Position numbers and translations under genes: made by a program | Assembly (NCBI RefSeq): GCF_009914755.1 | Contig: NC_060929.1 | Source: the human T2T-CHM13v2.0 reference genome, Homo sapiens | Length of the DNA stretch: 64,000 nt | Strand: one strand, 5' to 3' | The notes under the pieces: generated by a model | What the model was told of the DNA's origin: nothing | What the model saw: only the letters and a program-made list of their open reading frames with translations | The model's database searches: none | Part shown: positions 39,447 through 53,782 of the stretch, in pieces | How positions within the stretch are numbered: the first letter of the stretch is position 1 | How the letters are laid out: every line of letters begins with the position of its first letter

Positions 39447-42400
39447 TACCATTCTACATCATTAGGATCCCAAAAGTAAGCATAGGAGAGGTTTTCTGGG
39501 GCGCTGAAGCAAGAAGATGGAAATGTAATCAGATAAGCCTGAATTTATTGAAGTGAATGCATTTGTTTGGGATTCAGAATTTAATGTGTCGGTGTAAACA
39601 CTTGGTAGAGGCAGGAGTAGTTTTCTGGATTGGCTGATCTAAACTTGTACCCAAAGTTGGCTTACGGTTAATAAGGTTAAAAGGCTATCATTCCCTCTGC
39701 ATTCTGAAAATGTAAGAGTCTCATGCCTCAGGAAATGGGAATGTTGGAATAGATTTATTATGTGCAACCTATTCATTCACCTCCAATCACACACTCTGGG
39801 AAAACATGGAATCCCTTCATTAAAGCAGTGGTAAGGACACCACCATCCTTGAAGACCCCTGAGTTGCCAGTTCTCTTTAGGCCAGATAGAATGTAGGGAA
39901 ATTTCAGTGCCATTTGGTTTCCAATCTCAATGGGAATAATGTCATGTGGAGTTATAGAGAACAGGTGGTGATGCAATTACTACAATAAAATCATGTTTTA
40001 AATGGTAATTAGAGGATTTTGACCTGCAGGGATCTCTGGCAATGGCTCCTTAGAAATGAAATAGATGGGCAGTCTAGTAAAACGCTTCTTGAAATACACG
40101 GGCAGAAGAAAATTAGGTTGGCTGAAAAGAAAACTAATTTGAATTGCCTTAAGTGGGATTTACAGCCTTTTATCCAGTCCCTATACCTAAATCAGTGCCC
40201 AGACCCTGAATCCCTGGAGGTACGGGGAAGTAAGATCTCTTTGAGGAAAAAATTGTGTAACAAAACCCCAAGCCTTCTCCAAATGTTCCTGAGGCCATTT
40301 ACTGGGGTGATTGTGCACAGGGGAGAAAGGAACTCAGCTCTTATAGGGCTTATTGAATACTGGCTCGAAACTTAAGATGATACTCAGATACCTCAAATGA
40401 CACTGTAATCCACAAGTCATGGAAGGAGCTTGGGGAGCTCAGATTATAATTGGAGTCCTGGCCAGTGACAGTCTAGAAGTGCATCAAATGAGAATACTAA
40501 CGTCCTCAGGTTATTTCTTCAGTTGTAAAATATTTGATATATAGTATACTTAGCAATTAGAAAATCTTTCATATTGGTTCCCTGACTTGTGGAATGAGGA
40601 GAAATAAGCACAAGCCCAGTTTATAGATTTATCTGTACACTATGTCAATACCAGCAGGAAGAGTTTGGCTGCTTCACTGCGGTCCTACTTAGAGTAGCTT
40701 GAAAACACTGGTGGGTAGAAACCCTCCTTGTGAGCAGAACTTTACATAGAACAGCTGGTTGAATATTTTGTGTGGAAACAGAGACAAACTGAACTATGGA
40801 CCTACAGCGAATCATGGGCTGTAACTAAAGGGCTGGCTGATTGGTCAGGAATTTGGAAATAACAAAGTTGAAAAATTGATGGCAGGGACGTCTGAGAGAG
40901 AGATGTGTGAATGGACCTCTCAGAGTGGGTACAGCATATGAAGTTACTCATGTCTCACATAATGCCTATCAGAGGATATCTACTGCAGAAATGGGCAAAA
41001 TGTTCTTTCCACTGGATAGCAGTCTCTCTTCCCCAGCCACCTACCTCTATTTCAATAGGTCCGAGTACAAAGAATCCAGAGTGGCAGGGTTATAACTATG
41101 CATGGTTTCAAAATCATGGTCTTCCCCTCAATTGGCTGGTGCCATTGCTGACTGCTCAGACTACCAACAACATAGACCAAAACTGAAATCCTGTTACAGC
41201 ACCACTTTCAAGGTGGTTCAGGGGTAGCCAGCTACCTAACTGTATTTTACCATTCCCTAGATAGGCATAGCTTTGTTTTTATAGTGGTAGATTTGTACTC
41301 CAGTTATGCTGAAACCAACATTCATGTATCTAAAAATGTTTTCTTCATTGTCACAATATACTACATAATATCGCCTGTGGTCGGGGGGGCACATTTTACC
41401 ACAAAGTAAGTGCAGAAACACAGGCACACACCCATGGTCTTGTCATGTGCCTCATTGCTGAGAAGCACTTGGCTTGGTCAAGGGTGAAAGGGCCTGCTGA
41501 AAGCTTCAGTTATGTTTCTGGTGGGAAATATCTTGTGAAGCTGAGTTGCTGTCTGATAAAATGTGGTTGATACCATAAGCAAACAGCTGTCTTAGGTAAT
41601 TTCTTTCTTAGCTAGAATACATAGCTCCTGGATCAAAAAAGTGAGCCAAAGTCATGATTATATTTAACACTCTACTTGGGAAACATTTGTTCTCTATCTC
41701 TGCAATTTTGGGTTCAGTGGTTTGGAAGGACCTAGAGTAAAAAGAATGAATAATTTTCCCATTAAGCAGTCATTGTTCTGATGTACTGAACACTCTAGTC
41801 ATTTTGGGTTCCTCGTGGCAGAGAAGAGGGTCGCTCTTGTATCTGAGGTGTCTTATTCCAATTACCAGGAAGAAATATGATTTCTGCTACTCAATGGGAG
41901 CAAAAAGTACAAAGGAACTCAAGGGATTTAATGGGGGAATTTTTTAATTATATAGTCAATAGTCTGTACTCAATAGTTCTGGTCAATGGAAAACTGCAAA
42001 AACCCAATAGACATAAGACCATAAAAGTCTTAGATAGTGTAGAAATAAAAGTTTGGAATACTCTATCAGGTGAAGTGCTTTCTCTAGCTGAAGTCTTGGG
42101 GAGAGATGATAGGAACATAGAATAGGGTGGCAGAAGATTATCAACGAATGTATCACTATTAACTGCAGAAGCAGGTACTCCAGCAGTTTTGTTTTATGAT
42201 TTTTCTCCTCCACCTTCCCTCTTCTTCCTCATATGGTGGACACAAATATGATCAATGTTTCAGGCTTCAGTGGGAGATGATCAAATTGACATCACCCTGT
42301 TCTAAACCATTAACTGGTGAGACATAATATAGCCTCTGTATTAGGGACACAAATTCTTTATCTGGATAAGGACAATAGTATATACTAAAGGGAAAGAGAG
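39447..42400 (+). mobile_element. Highly decayed ERVL-class internal region (gag, protease, RNaseH, integrase, dUTPase-like remnants)
   Basis: GAATTTATTGA and GGAAATGGGAATGTTGGAATAGATTTATTATG (ERVL gag-like); TCATGGGCTGTAACTAAAGGGCTGGCTGATTGGTCAGG (RNaseH SWAV.GLA.WSG); GGGGCACATTTTACC (integrase GxHFT); purine tract before 42401. Confidence 0.8.
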
Positions 42401-42765
42401 TGGCGGCATACTAGATAACTTCTGATAGCACTCCAGATCCTCTTTACCATTCTCCATCCTGCTCTCCACCCTAGAAGGCTGACCTATGTGATTAAATCAA
42501 TAGTCTGTGCATTCCAGTTGGATTTGGTCATGGGGAGTCCCCATAGGGTTGTTTTAGGCTGTCTGTGTCCCTTGACTGAGGGTAGCCTCTTTTACACAAC
42601 TCTGTTTTTCCGGGTTCTAGTAATCATTCCTCCTTGTTATTGTGCTGTCTTCTGTGGGTCTTCAATACTGACTTACAGATTTGACCTTCTTTAATTTTGA
42701 CCTTCCCTGGTGTATCCAAATGTGAATGTGTAAAATTTGTTTCTGGTTAGGACCCTGACTGATAA
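42401..42765 (+). mobile_element. ERVL LTR (LTR33-like), candidate 3' LTR
   Basis: Follows the PPT-like AAAGGGAAAGAGAG; CTCCATCCTGCTCTCCACCCTAGAAGGCTGACCT; ends GGACCCTGACTGATA. Confidence 0.65.
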
Positions 42766-44687
42766 AATTGCTTACTGTAACAATACAGTGACAAAAAAAA
42801 AAAAAAAAGAGTCAAAAGCTCTGTGAGCATTTACTCCCATTTATCCATATATTGACATTGTAATGATAACTGCCCTTCTGAATCATCAAAAAGATTAGAT
42901 TATGTATGGTAAAAGTTTAAGATGTGAGGTATTTTATGATATTCCACATTTAACACATATGACATCATTTTAGTACTATAATAAACTTTAGAGATATTTT
43001 AGACCATTTTAAGGGCTGAAGAAACCGAGAGCCAGAAATATTAAGAGACTTAGCCAAAATTTTAAAATAGCACCAGGAATATGTTTAGAAACTAATATTT
43101 TTCTTAGGATATATTCTATTCTTTGACTTCTGTGGTATCAGAAGGCTGGTGAATTCATTTATCCTCATTATCACAGCTTTTCCATAAATAATTCAGGTCA
43201 ATACATCCTCCCTTTATGGATCCTCTCTTTATGGATATAGTAAAATTTACATGGTCAGTTACTGGAGATGACTTTTCAGAATTTTGGGCAAATTTGATAA
43301 ATGTTATGTTGTAATTTTTCATTTATTCGTTTTCTAAGTATACACTGAATTTCTTAAGGGCTGGACTTTGCTTTTTATTTCTATATGCTTAATGCTTAGT
43401 ATGGCATCTGGCACCTGGTATACATCCAGCAAAATAGATTCATTTAAAAATACATGTTTATCACTAGCTGTGTGAAAAGTCAGATAGGTCTTTTCTGAAT
43501 GATTTGCTTTCTCTACTTTGGATGGTCTAGTAGCTTTTAAATTTGTTTCTCTGGACATGCTGAATGTGAAGCCAGGAGTCTGTGCTTTCATAAAATGTCT
43601 TTTTGTCTTGAAAGTTTATATTACACAGCTGCAGTCAACATTGTTTTGTAACAAGAAGCGTATCTTCTTATTTAAGTTCCTCGTTGCTCCCCAGGAGCAT
43701 TCTGTGACTTAACCATCAGCTCTGAAATTATAGAGTAAGGAAGCACATCTTTAAAATTCAGAACTTGCTCTTCAGCGATCTGTTGGGGCATCTTCAGGTA
43801 TTTGTATGGTGAGATTTATTGACAGAATCCCCTTCTACCTTCATAGACAGACTGAAGGCCTGGCCAAGGTTATATAGCCCATGTACTATGTCAGGGACAC
43901 TAGTGACCAAAGGCTGACAAACCTGAAAGAGTCCCCTGAAGACATGTGCTTTTAGCCAAAATCTAATCCAAGCTAATTTTCACCATGTCCCTGCCTGCTG
44001 TTGGTGATATCTAAGCCTAGGAAACTTCAAAACTGTCATTGTTGGAGTAATGATGTGATATCTAATACAGTTCAGATCATTTAGTTATTGAACTCTTAAT
44101 CAGACCTTCCTGTTTTTGAAAGAAAGAGAACAAAATTAACCCTTTGGACCCTGTGAACTGGGCTACCAGATGAAATTTAATTTAGTGACATCATTTATTC
44201 CACACAAGAATGTGTGTGCGAACATAACGAAGGAAAGAGCATATTATTATATTAAAACCATAATAATCTAAGAGGCTGGAAGAGCACACAGGTTTTGTTG
44301 TTTTTACCCAACCCTCTCTGTGCTGCCTCTTACTTACAATAAATAAGCTTGCTATGTCTCCTCAAAGCAGCTGCCTAGTACTGTTAAGTTTCTACAGAGT
44401 TCTAAATAAAGGAATTTCTCATTCTTCTCAGTTTTCACTTTCACCTGTTAAATTTCATCTTCAATGAAAGGGAAAATGGTGCTTGCTAAAGAAATGGTCT
44501 AATCCTTTGACTTCTTCATTTTTTTAGCCTGGGGCCATTTTGAAGTTAGGCAAGTGAGAGTGGTGATGGAGACTAGAGGACACAGAGGCAGGAAGAGCTA
44601 AACATTTCCAGTCCTATTGGATTTTAATCATCAGGTGGGTAGATATTAACCCCTGGAGAAAACTAAATGACTGAGTATTTCCAAATG

Positions 44688-44835
44688 TATATTTTATATA
44701 TATATATATATATAAGTATATATATATATAAGTATATATATATATAAATATATATACTTATATATATATATACTTATATATATAAGTATTTCTATTTCCA
44801 AATATATATATACATATATATATATGTATATATAT
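44688..44835. repeat. Interrupted (TA)n microsatellite with internal dyad symmetry
   Basis: TA runs with TATAAGTATA x2 mirrored by TATACTTATA x2. Confidence 0.95.
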
Positions 44836-46169
44836 GAAGAATCAGTGAAGAGAGAGAGGTAATTCATGGTGTTAATGTTTGATTACAAAAATTTTCAACA
44901 CATGGTTTATATCTGCTCAAATTTTGTACACCCTTCCCATATCATTTGTGGAGGTATGAAAGGACTATGGCTACTCTCGCACCAGATTGATACGTACAAT
45001 TTAGATAATCATGACAAATTATCTTCTTATTTGCATCTGTTGCTGTTGCTTGTGATTTCTGATAGCCAAAGGAATTGGGTAAGTTAAAATATATGATACT
45101 CTTTTGTATTAGAAATGAGGGGAAAGGTAAAGAATAAAAGAAGCTTGCATGGTGGCCAGTCTCTGGAGAAACTTTACTTTCTCTTCTACTTTCCAGAGAC
45201 GTCAGTGTCTTGTATGTTTGCCTCACGTTCACAGCTGTGCACAGTAGAAATTTGTGAACAAGAGCATGTCTACATCTTCTCTGGAGATTTGGGGTTTCCT
45301 TGGAATACCAATGGTGTCAGGGGAATAGGTAATACTGACACAGATTTCTGGGCTGGTTTCTATTAACAGACACAAACAATTAGGTAGGTGTCACAATCTA
45401 CGTGGTTAAAATATTGTCTCAGATAATGTTGCTGCCCAAAAGAGAGGATGGTAAGTTAGTGAATGCCTTTCTCTGCACACATTCTACAGGCTGTCAGACA
45501 GCCAAAGTGGGCAGGGAGGCACATTCAGTCCTCTGTGGTTTGCAGAAAACAGCTGTGATGTCATTGCCTAGTAAATGAGAATGTTACTTGTGAATGAGTC
45601 AAGGATTGACACATCACTCAGCGCAACCACGTAAAAGCTGTGCTCTCTAAAGACTCATAGATTCCAGGCACAATTTCTTTCTTTGCTGTAAATCAGTCAC
45701 TATGTGAAACTATGTTAATTCCTCCTGGCCCCTGGAGTAAGCCGGCAGTGCTAACAGAGTATCAGTAGAGCTTCACAGATTACCTATTTTATATTGTGTG
45801 AGTGTTTTTTAAGGGAGGATTTGGTTATTTCTCTATGTAATAGACAATCAGGGCTTCTCAGTTGTCTTCCACTTATTCTTTATACTTTAGTTTTCAATTA
45901 TTCTTTTATTGATTCAACATTTACAGAAAATCTACTCTTGTCAGACCACTGTGCTAGTCATAGGATATAGAAGATGAATATTATACAAATAGAACTCACT
46001 ATTTGCCCTTTCCGAATTCACAACCACACACACCTGCTTCTTCTGTATCAAGGATGCTTAAATTATATTATGTGGATGGCCAAATCCTGAAGTATCAGGT
46101 AAGATTGTGCATATGTGTGTGTCTGTATATATAGAGAAGACCCATATCTTTCATTACATTTGCAATGAA

Positions 46170-46250
46170 ATGAATAAATCTTTTATAATTATTATAATTA
46201 TAATTTTTATATAATTTTTATATTAGGAATAAATCTTTTATAATTATTGC
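46170..46250. repeat. AT-rich low-complexity tract with a ~20 bp direct repeat
   Basis: GAATAAATCTTTT(T)ATAATTATT occurs twice, ~55 bp apart. Confidence 0.75.
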
Positions 46251-47294
46251 TCCTGGTACTTTGAATAGATACGGGAATGTGTTTAATTATGGTAAAACTG
46301 GCAGATTTTAGACGTAGATTATACCTGGGAACCAAAAGTTGACAAACTTTAGAGCCGAGGGAATAAAACAAACAGTTGTGCAAGAGTTTCTAACTTCTGC
46401 AGAGCAGACAGAATCTTGTTAGCACATTTCATCGGGCATCTGGGGCTTTGTACAAGTGATTGCTCAACACATTGCACACTTAAATGCTGCAAAACAAAAG
46501 AATTTGATTCGCCGTCAGCTGCTGGTTAACTTTAAAAAAACATAAAACAAATCTGGCTATTTTTGTTCATTGTACAACCTTACTTCGACTTTTTATAAAC
46601 TAGGATATTCTCTGTAGTATGAGAAAGTATTTTGCTACATTTTACCATTTTAGGGATATTTATAGATGTAATTTCTTTGTGCTACTTAAAATATCATGTG
46701 TTTTAAATTTTGCAGTATAAACAATCAATGTAATTTAGAAAGACAGTTACCACATTTCTGAGTTGGGTACTGCTATTACAAAGAATAATTGTTTTTGACT
46801 TGGTAGTACAAAGAGCTCACAACTCATAAAATATCCTAAATTTTACTTAGCACTTTTATTGACATTATTAAGTGTCATGACTAACATATTAGATTTGCAC
46901 TATCCCCATTTTAAAGATATAAAAACTGATACTAAGAAAAACTCTGTCTTAATTGCAATCTACCTTGTTTGAAATTTTTAGATGTGTGTGAATATAAGGT
47001 AAACAAAGCAGATATGCAGAAAGTCCTCTTGTTTGTGAAGTCTAAATTTAACATTTGCTCAGTATTTTATCTGCTGTTTTAAAGACAGATAGCTTTAGTG
47101 CATGCAAAAATCATGAGTTTTCAAAAGCTGTATGAACACAATTTTTGACTAATGAGCAGTCATTGTTCATTGTTAAGGACATTCACCTTTTCATGGCTTT
47201 GTTCTGTTAGATGAAAGTGTTTCTAGATTTGGCATTTATCTAACATAGCATCATAGGGTGAATGGAAATGCTGACAGTACTTTATAGGAAATGA

Positions 47295-47510
47295 ACTGCT
47301 ACCAACTATGGCTTGCCAGGCCCTCTAGTAGGTAATTTACATACATGAACACAAACTTGTAAAAACAGGTTTTTGTGGTAGAAAATATTCCAGATGAGGA
47401 AACACATTCAGAAGGTTGTACAACTTATCTAAAGTTACTCAGTCCATGAGATATCCACCTGGGCTTCCAATTTAAGTCTTTTTGATTTGAAAACTCATCA
47501 CATTACCCAT
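47295..47510 (-). mobile_element. MIR fragment
   Basis: CAGATGAGGAAACA...AGAAGGTT...ACTTATCTAAAGTTAC. Confidence 0.6.
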
Positions 47511-48109
47511 GGCATGCTTCTGTGGGCAAGTTTGAACAAGATGCTGAAAAAGTGCAGTTAACTGCTGTGACTCTCAAATTAGTTATCTGCCTGTTGGGTC
47601 ACATGTTCTCTTGAAGGCCAGTGATAGAAAGGCAGTGCCAGCTGAAACTGATAGGATCTGACAAAGGTGAGGCCCGTTGCTGGCATTTGTTTGCCCATTT
47701 GTTCCCAAACAGTCAATTTAATGGCTGCACAAGCATTATCCAAGTGCAAAGAACTATTTAGGGTCACTCAAAATGAATAGCACTATTAGTTCTCACTGGA
47801 GATAAATAGAATAAAGTTGGCAAGTATCTCTGCTGCTATTCTTTTCCTAAGTCATCAACCCAAAGTCATCAAAGTCTCATTGAATTTTCCCACTACCTTC
47901 TAAGAAGGTTGCTGTTTGCAGAAGGTAGTGACACAGTAGCATCTCTTGAATGACTTTGAATAATTTTCTGAGATTTGGTAGAGTCAATAATTCCACCTTT
48001 GAGTATCTCAGTATGCCCTTTAGATAATTTCATTTTTGTGCATGTAGGCATGTTTATGTGTGTGTGATTGTATGTGTGTCTAGGTAGTATTAACAAACAA
48101 ACGCCATAT

Positions 48110-48260
48110 AACAAGAGTTAACATTCACTGAATACTAAATGCCTCTAGATACATTATATTCATGACCTCTAATCTTGATATCAAATTGGGAAGACATTAG
48201 TATCCCAATTTTACAAATGAAGAAACTGTGTCTCATGAAAATTAGATAATATGCCCTAGA
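48110..48260 (-). mobile_element. MIR fragment
   Basis: TATCCCAATTTTACAAATGAAGAAACTG. Confidence 0.65.
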
Positions 48261-50019
48261 CCTAGTATGGTATTTTAGTCTGCTTTTGCTACCTCAGGAA
48301 CTAAATATGTTGTCTGATGTAGACATATGCATGTAAGCACACCTATGGGTAATGTGATGACAAAGAAATCTTAATTTACATTCCAGCCTTTCATTAGAAT
48401 TGATCTCGGAATAAATGATAGTACTATATAAGTAATTTCTGCAATTAATTTTTATTTAACTAGTTTGTCCAAATCCATAGCAGATTAGCCAAAAATATTA
48501 TTGTTAAATTACAGTGCTCATTTGACACAGAATAGTTGAAAAATAGATGAATTATTTTAATGAAAAGTAACCTCTTCAAGTTATTTTCTTTTTAAAAGGC
48601 CAGAAGAATAAGGGATCTTTTTGCCCTGAATCTATTCCACCATCTTTGTGGTCACCACTGAAATGTAAAGGCACTTAAGTGACATTTACAGTGAGCTAAT
48701 ATACTGCAGATGCTGTGACAGACCCTGTAATTACATTTTCCCCTCTTATTTCTTTAGAAAGAGAAATATAGATAGCTTTTGTGTTTGAAATCAAGCAACA
48801 GGTGAAATGTGCAACCAGAGATCTGAGCATAGGGAGAAAGCATTTGATATTGAGTGCTGGAAAGAAGGGTTTTAATTTTCACTTATTCCAGGCACAAGAC
48901 CAAAGGAAAAAAATTCCTGCAAGGTAGGATGGGAGAAGAAATGACTATAAAAGAATAACCCAAAGCAGAGGCCTTTCAAATAGACAGAATCCTTAGAAAT
49001 ATTAATCTTGACTCTTATAGTTGGAATGAACAGACATCTACTTCTGACTACCCTGGGCAAAAAAAGGAGTCTTTTGGGGGGTAAATAATGTGCTCATTTG
49101 TGGAGCTGAAAAGGGTAGTGGTACTTCCAAGCTCTAGCAACAACTGAACTAGATAATCAAATGACACCTGAGCTCTTTTAGGTTATTAAATAGACTTGCA
49201 GAGAATATGGCTACTGACAGTTTCCAGCTTCAATTGCACAGAGTCTGAATAACTTCCTCAGTTACCATTTCAAATCCCAAGGAAGAGTTCTAATTAAGTC
49301 CATGGAGGCCCAAAATATATGGGCTGTGGAAACACAGCAGAACCCTTAGAATTGGGAGAGGAGCAACTCTAATAAGGAAAAAAATTATAGGTAGATAACT
49401 CCAGCAACATCAGGAAGCTTGAAAAACTTAGACCATAAGATCTTTTTTTTTTCAAAAGAGGTTCATCAGGGTGTGAACTTATGATTCATGAGGCTTAAAT
49501 ATGGGCATATATGTTTCAAGCGTATGTGAGGCACTCTTCTCTAGGAAAATTTAATTTTAGGCAGATTTTCCCAAAATGCGTAAGAATCAGACCATCCATT
49601 CTCATTTCATCTTGCATTTTTCCATTCTTCTAGGTAAATGTGGAGTTCTATAAGAACAAGGATATTTTGGGAGGTACTTTAATGTTTGGGGTTAATGGTA
49701 AAAAGCACAGTTAAAATTTGTTTACATGTCACTGAAACTTCAAATCTAAAACTGAATCGATTCCATAAGGCAGTTCTTAAAATTTTTCTATTTATTTAAA
49801 ATTTTACACAAATGACCCTCCTTTTCTTTCTCCTTTTTTTGTTTTTAATTTCCATCATTAATATTTCTATTATAGTAGCAAAAACTGCTGTTTTTAGGAG
49901 CCTCAATTTACTCCGAATCTGTTACATTTTTTAAAATGAGCTTTCTCTTAATGAAAGAAATGGGGTTATAAGGTGATTGCCCCTTTTTCACCTTCCTCCT
50001 AAACGTGAATATTCCCTGT

Positions 50020-51150
50020 GTCTGTTTTCATCCTTTTTTTCTTCTCCTTTGGTAAATGTATTCACTCTATAGCTCCAGTGTCACCTGTATTGGATGACTC
50101 CCAAGCCTTTAAATCTAACCCCACTTTTTTCCTGTCTTTCATATCCAGTTCCTGTGCATCACTCCTGGAATACTCTATTAGCATCTACAACTCAACATGT
50201 GCAAGATAGAACTCACTACTCCTCCTCTAATATCTACTCCTTCCCTTAACTTCTTCAGGTTAAACTCTGCAAATTGCTCAGTCACTGAGGCTTTGGCCAG
50301 ATTCTCATTGACTCCTCTCACTCTACAAACCCCCGTCAGTTTCCAACCCTTATCAATTCTGCTTCCCCTTAACCCCATTATTTCTCAGAGTGACTACTCT
50401 GGTTCAGGCCCTCATCTTCTTTTGCATGGACTTTTTAAAAAAACTTTTTATTTTGAAATAATTTTAGACTTAGAGAAAAGTTACAAAAATGATACAGTGC
50501 AGATAATTCTTAAATACTCTTCACTCAGCTTTCCTAATGTTGACATCTTGCCTGTGAAACACTTATGAAAATTAATATCGTTATAATATTATTAAGGAAA
50601 CTATAGCCTTTGTTTGAATTTTACTAATTTTCCCAGTAATGTTCTTTATCTGTTGCAATATCCAATCCAGAATCTCACATTGCATTTAGTTGTCATTAAT
50701 CCTTAACTATCAGCAATCTGTGACACTTTCTCAGTGTTTCCTTGACTTTTGTGACCTTGACACTTTTCAGGAATAGGGGCTGATTATTTTGTAGAATGTT
50801 CCCTCATTTGGATTTGTCTAATTTTTTTTCATGACTTCACTGTGGGTATTCATTGTTTTCTGGCCTGTACTTTTGCAGTCATCCTTTAAAAGGCTTCTTC
50901 ACTTCCAGTTTTCTCCCAGGTTCTCTATCACATTGTATGTGAAGATATCCTTTTGAAGTATAGATTTATCCATGTCCCTACACCTGCACAAAAGTACATT
51001 TAGGGTTGCCCCTTGCGTATTAAGTAAATTCTACATTCCTTAGCCAGGCATCCAAGGCCATGCATAGTTTGGTCCACATTTCCAGACAACTCTTCACTCT
51101 GGAGGCCGACTGATCTCACTTTTGTGTTCTCTGCGTGGCCCTGTGTGGTT
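50020..51150 (+). mobile_element. L2 fragments interrupted by an antisense L1MC-like 3' end (~50430-50850)
   Basis: L2-like GATGACTCCCAA...GCATCTACAACTCAACATGT; insert begins TTTTATTTTGAAATAATTTTAGACTTAGAGAAAAGTTACAAAAAT. Confidence 0.6.
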
Positions 51151-52824
51151 CTCAGTCTCTTCTTCCTCAAACCTGCCCTGAATGATAAATGTTATTATCA
51201 TCATCTCCATTTTATAGACAGGTAAACCAGAGCTCAGAAAGATTAATTAACCAGACCTGATGTTTAAAGTTAGTTTAACTGACTGAAGCCAAGGGATTTA
51301 GCCTCTACAAGAGTAAGCCCCTTGAGTAAGAGTTATGGTTTTATTAATCCTGAATTTTCTCACAGAATCCTGCAAAGTGCCTTGTACATAGTATGGCTCT
51401 GATATATATTAGCTGAATAGATGAAGGAATAAATATTAAATTTTAGGATAAAAATGTATAATTGTGATTGTAAGGGATGGAGAAGATAATCAGAAGTTAC
51501 TTATATCAGAATTATACTTTGATGAAGATTTATTGCAACATGTATTACACAATAATTGTGTTTTTTGTTAGCAGGGTGCATTCCAAAGATGAGTCTATAC
51601 TGAGTTATTTCTTTGGTCAGCTCTGGAATTAAAATTATTAAATAATTAAATATAAATAATTAAAATTATTTACAGACGTTTGTGTGTTTTCTTAATCTAC
51701 GTTTCACCCTAATCATATTTGCTCCCAACACAATCTTTGGCATATGGCTGGCAGCCAGGTAACTAACACAGCTGCCCATTTCAACAAAGCTCCATGTAAG
51801 GAAGCTGGAGGGAAAGGAAGAACTGATATGAGCTTCCAGAGCTCAAATAGAAAGATCTCTAAACCTCTCTGTGTGGGCAAGGAGAGAGGGAGTTACTAGA
51901 GGGAGAAGGGCTTGAAGGGAGGAGATGTTGATACCTCTATAGGGAGTTGACCCGCTGCCCTTTCCGTTGTATGCTGACTTGTGTGGAAATGTCCTTTCTG
52001 AGTTACTGGCCTTCAGCCTGTAGGGGCTGTGAGCACAGTGTGTATGTGCAACTCCTCAGCTGCTGGAGGGCACTAATGTTTCCCACAACAATTTTGATTT
52101 GTGTTTTAATTTTCCTTCAGAGGGCACATAATGTATTTTTGGAGCTGATTAATTTCCAAAACCTCTGGGTACTATTGAAAAAGTGGCTTTAAGTGCTCTG
52201 CCTCTGCTTTTCAAAGTGCAGTGCATTCTCATTTTCAAACTCCTTTAGGTATCAAAGACCTAGTGAGAGCATTATAAATGCTGCTTCTCTACGGCACCTT
52301 TGAGGACTAATCTGCCCCCGAAATCGACAGTGTGTTGACATTGGGTGAGAGAAAGGGTTGTAAAATACATTTTACATCTGTTCAGTAAATCATTTATTTG
52401 GCTTTATTTTATTTTTTCTCAAAGAGAAACTCGTTTGAGAATCTTATGGCTGTGACATTTTTAATCAACTAAAATAAAATTTTTAGAAGTTATTCCTTTC
52501 GAGTGGGGAAAGAAAGGTCATAAATCCCTATTTAAATGAGATTTAGTTTTAAGCTTGAGGGAGAAAATACTTTTTTCCCTACATTATCTTGAATTTAGAA
52601 GCATGAAATATTTTTAATAACAAAATGGGCAAGATATGTTCATAATCAATCTACATATAATCACACCATTTGCCTAAAAAGGTGAACTGCAATTGATGAC
52701 TCAGCTGTCAGGGCTACGTTTCTCCAAGAATTGCGAAGCAAGGATAGATGTGCTTCAAATAATGTCTAATGGCAATTTTGCATTAAGCTAATACCATCCA
52801 GTGATCATGTACTGATTCTTATAA

Positions 52825-53538
52825 ATATATCTGTCCATGTCAGCCTCTTCTTTTTATCTCATGGCTGCTTTGGTGATCCAAGTTCTCATCTCTTCTTCAC
52901 TGCACTCTGTCATAGCATCCCAATTGGTCTCCTACTTCTGCCCTTGCTTGTCCTTAAACTCTTTTTCCACACTCCAGCCTTGTTTTCCTAACAAATTGCA
53001 ATTCTGCTCCATGTCATCCCTGCTTAAAATCTTTCAAGGTGCTCTCATTTTTCTATGGATAAAGAGCATAGTTCTTAACACAGCCAACAAGGCTGTTGTG
53101 ATCTGAATCCTACCAACATCTCCAACCACTTCCTGTTCTCCAGACACTACAATCTTCTTTCACTTCTCTGAAGACACCACAGACTTCTGGCTGCAAGACT
53201 TTTAAACATACTGTTCCTCTGCATGGAATATTCTTCTTCATCTTCCCCTGCCCACACTAGTTAACTCCTCCCACATCTCAGCTCAAAAGCTATGTTTCCA
53301 GGGAAGTTTTGTGCTAACAGAGCAGTTCAGATCCCCTCCTCATACTCTTAGAGCATCATGAACCTTTTCTTCTGAACTTATGAGTGTTGTAATATTCTTT
53401 CGTGTATTTAGTGATTTTTCTATTTACTTTTCCTATAAGTCCATGAGGGCAGGTATCATGTTTGTTTTGCTCAACATTGTATATCCATACCATAGTACAG
53501 GCACAAAGTAAATGTGCAATAAACATTATTGAATAAAT
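52825..53538 (+). mobile_element. L2 3' region
   Basis: CATGTCATCCCTGCTTAAAATCTTTCAA; CCATGAGGGCAGG; ends GGCACAAAGTAAATGTGCAATAAACATTATTGAATAAAT. Confidence 0.75.
53115..53426 (+). repeat. Left arm of ~310 bp inverted duplication
   Basis: Reverse complement of 54806-55112; by hand about 8 substitutions and 2 indels. Confidence 0.97.
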
Positions 53539-53782
53539 ATCTCATTGTAGTTTTGATTTGCATTTGTCTGATGATCAGTGATATTACATACCTTTTTATA
53601 TGCCGATTTGCCATTTGTATGTCTTTTTTGAGAAATGTCTTTTGCCTATCTTTTATTTGGATTATTAGATTTTTCTCATGTATTCTCATTATTAATCCCT
53701 TGACAGATGGGTAGTTTGCAAATATTTTCTCTCATTCTGTAGGTTGTCTCTTCATTTTGTTGATTGTATCCTTTGCTGTGCT
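53539..53782 (-). mobile_element. L1 ORF2 3' fragment
   Basis: Minus frame KDIQMANRHIKR...IIRQMQIKTTMRY. Confidence 0.88.

Noticed and set aside
40019-41186. ERVL-derived ORFs as a domesticated gene
   Set aside because: Short, frameshifted fragments with degraded catalytic motifs; no long preserved frame.
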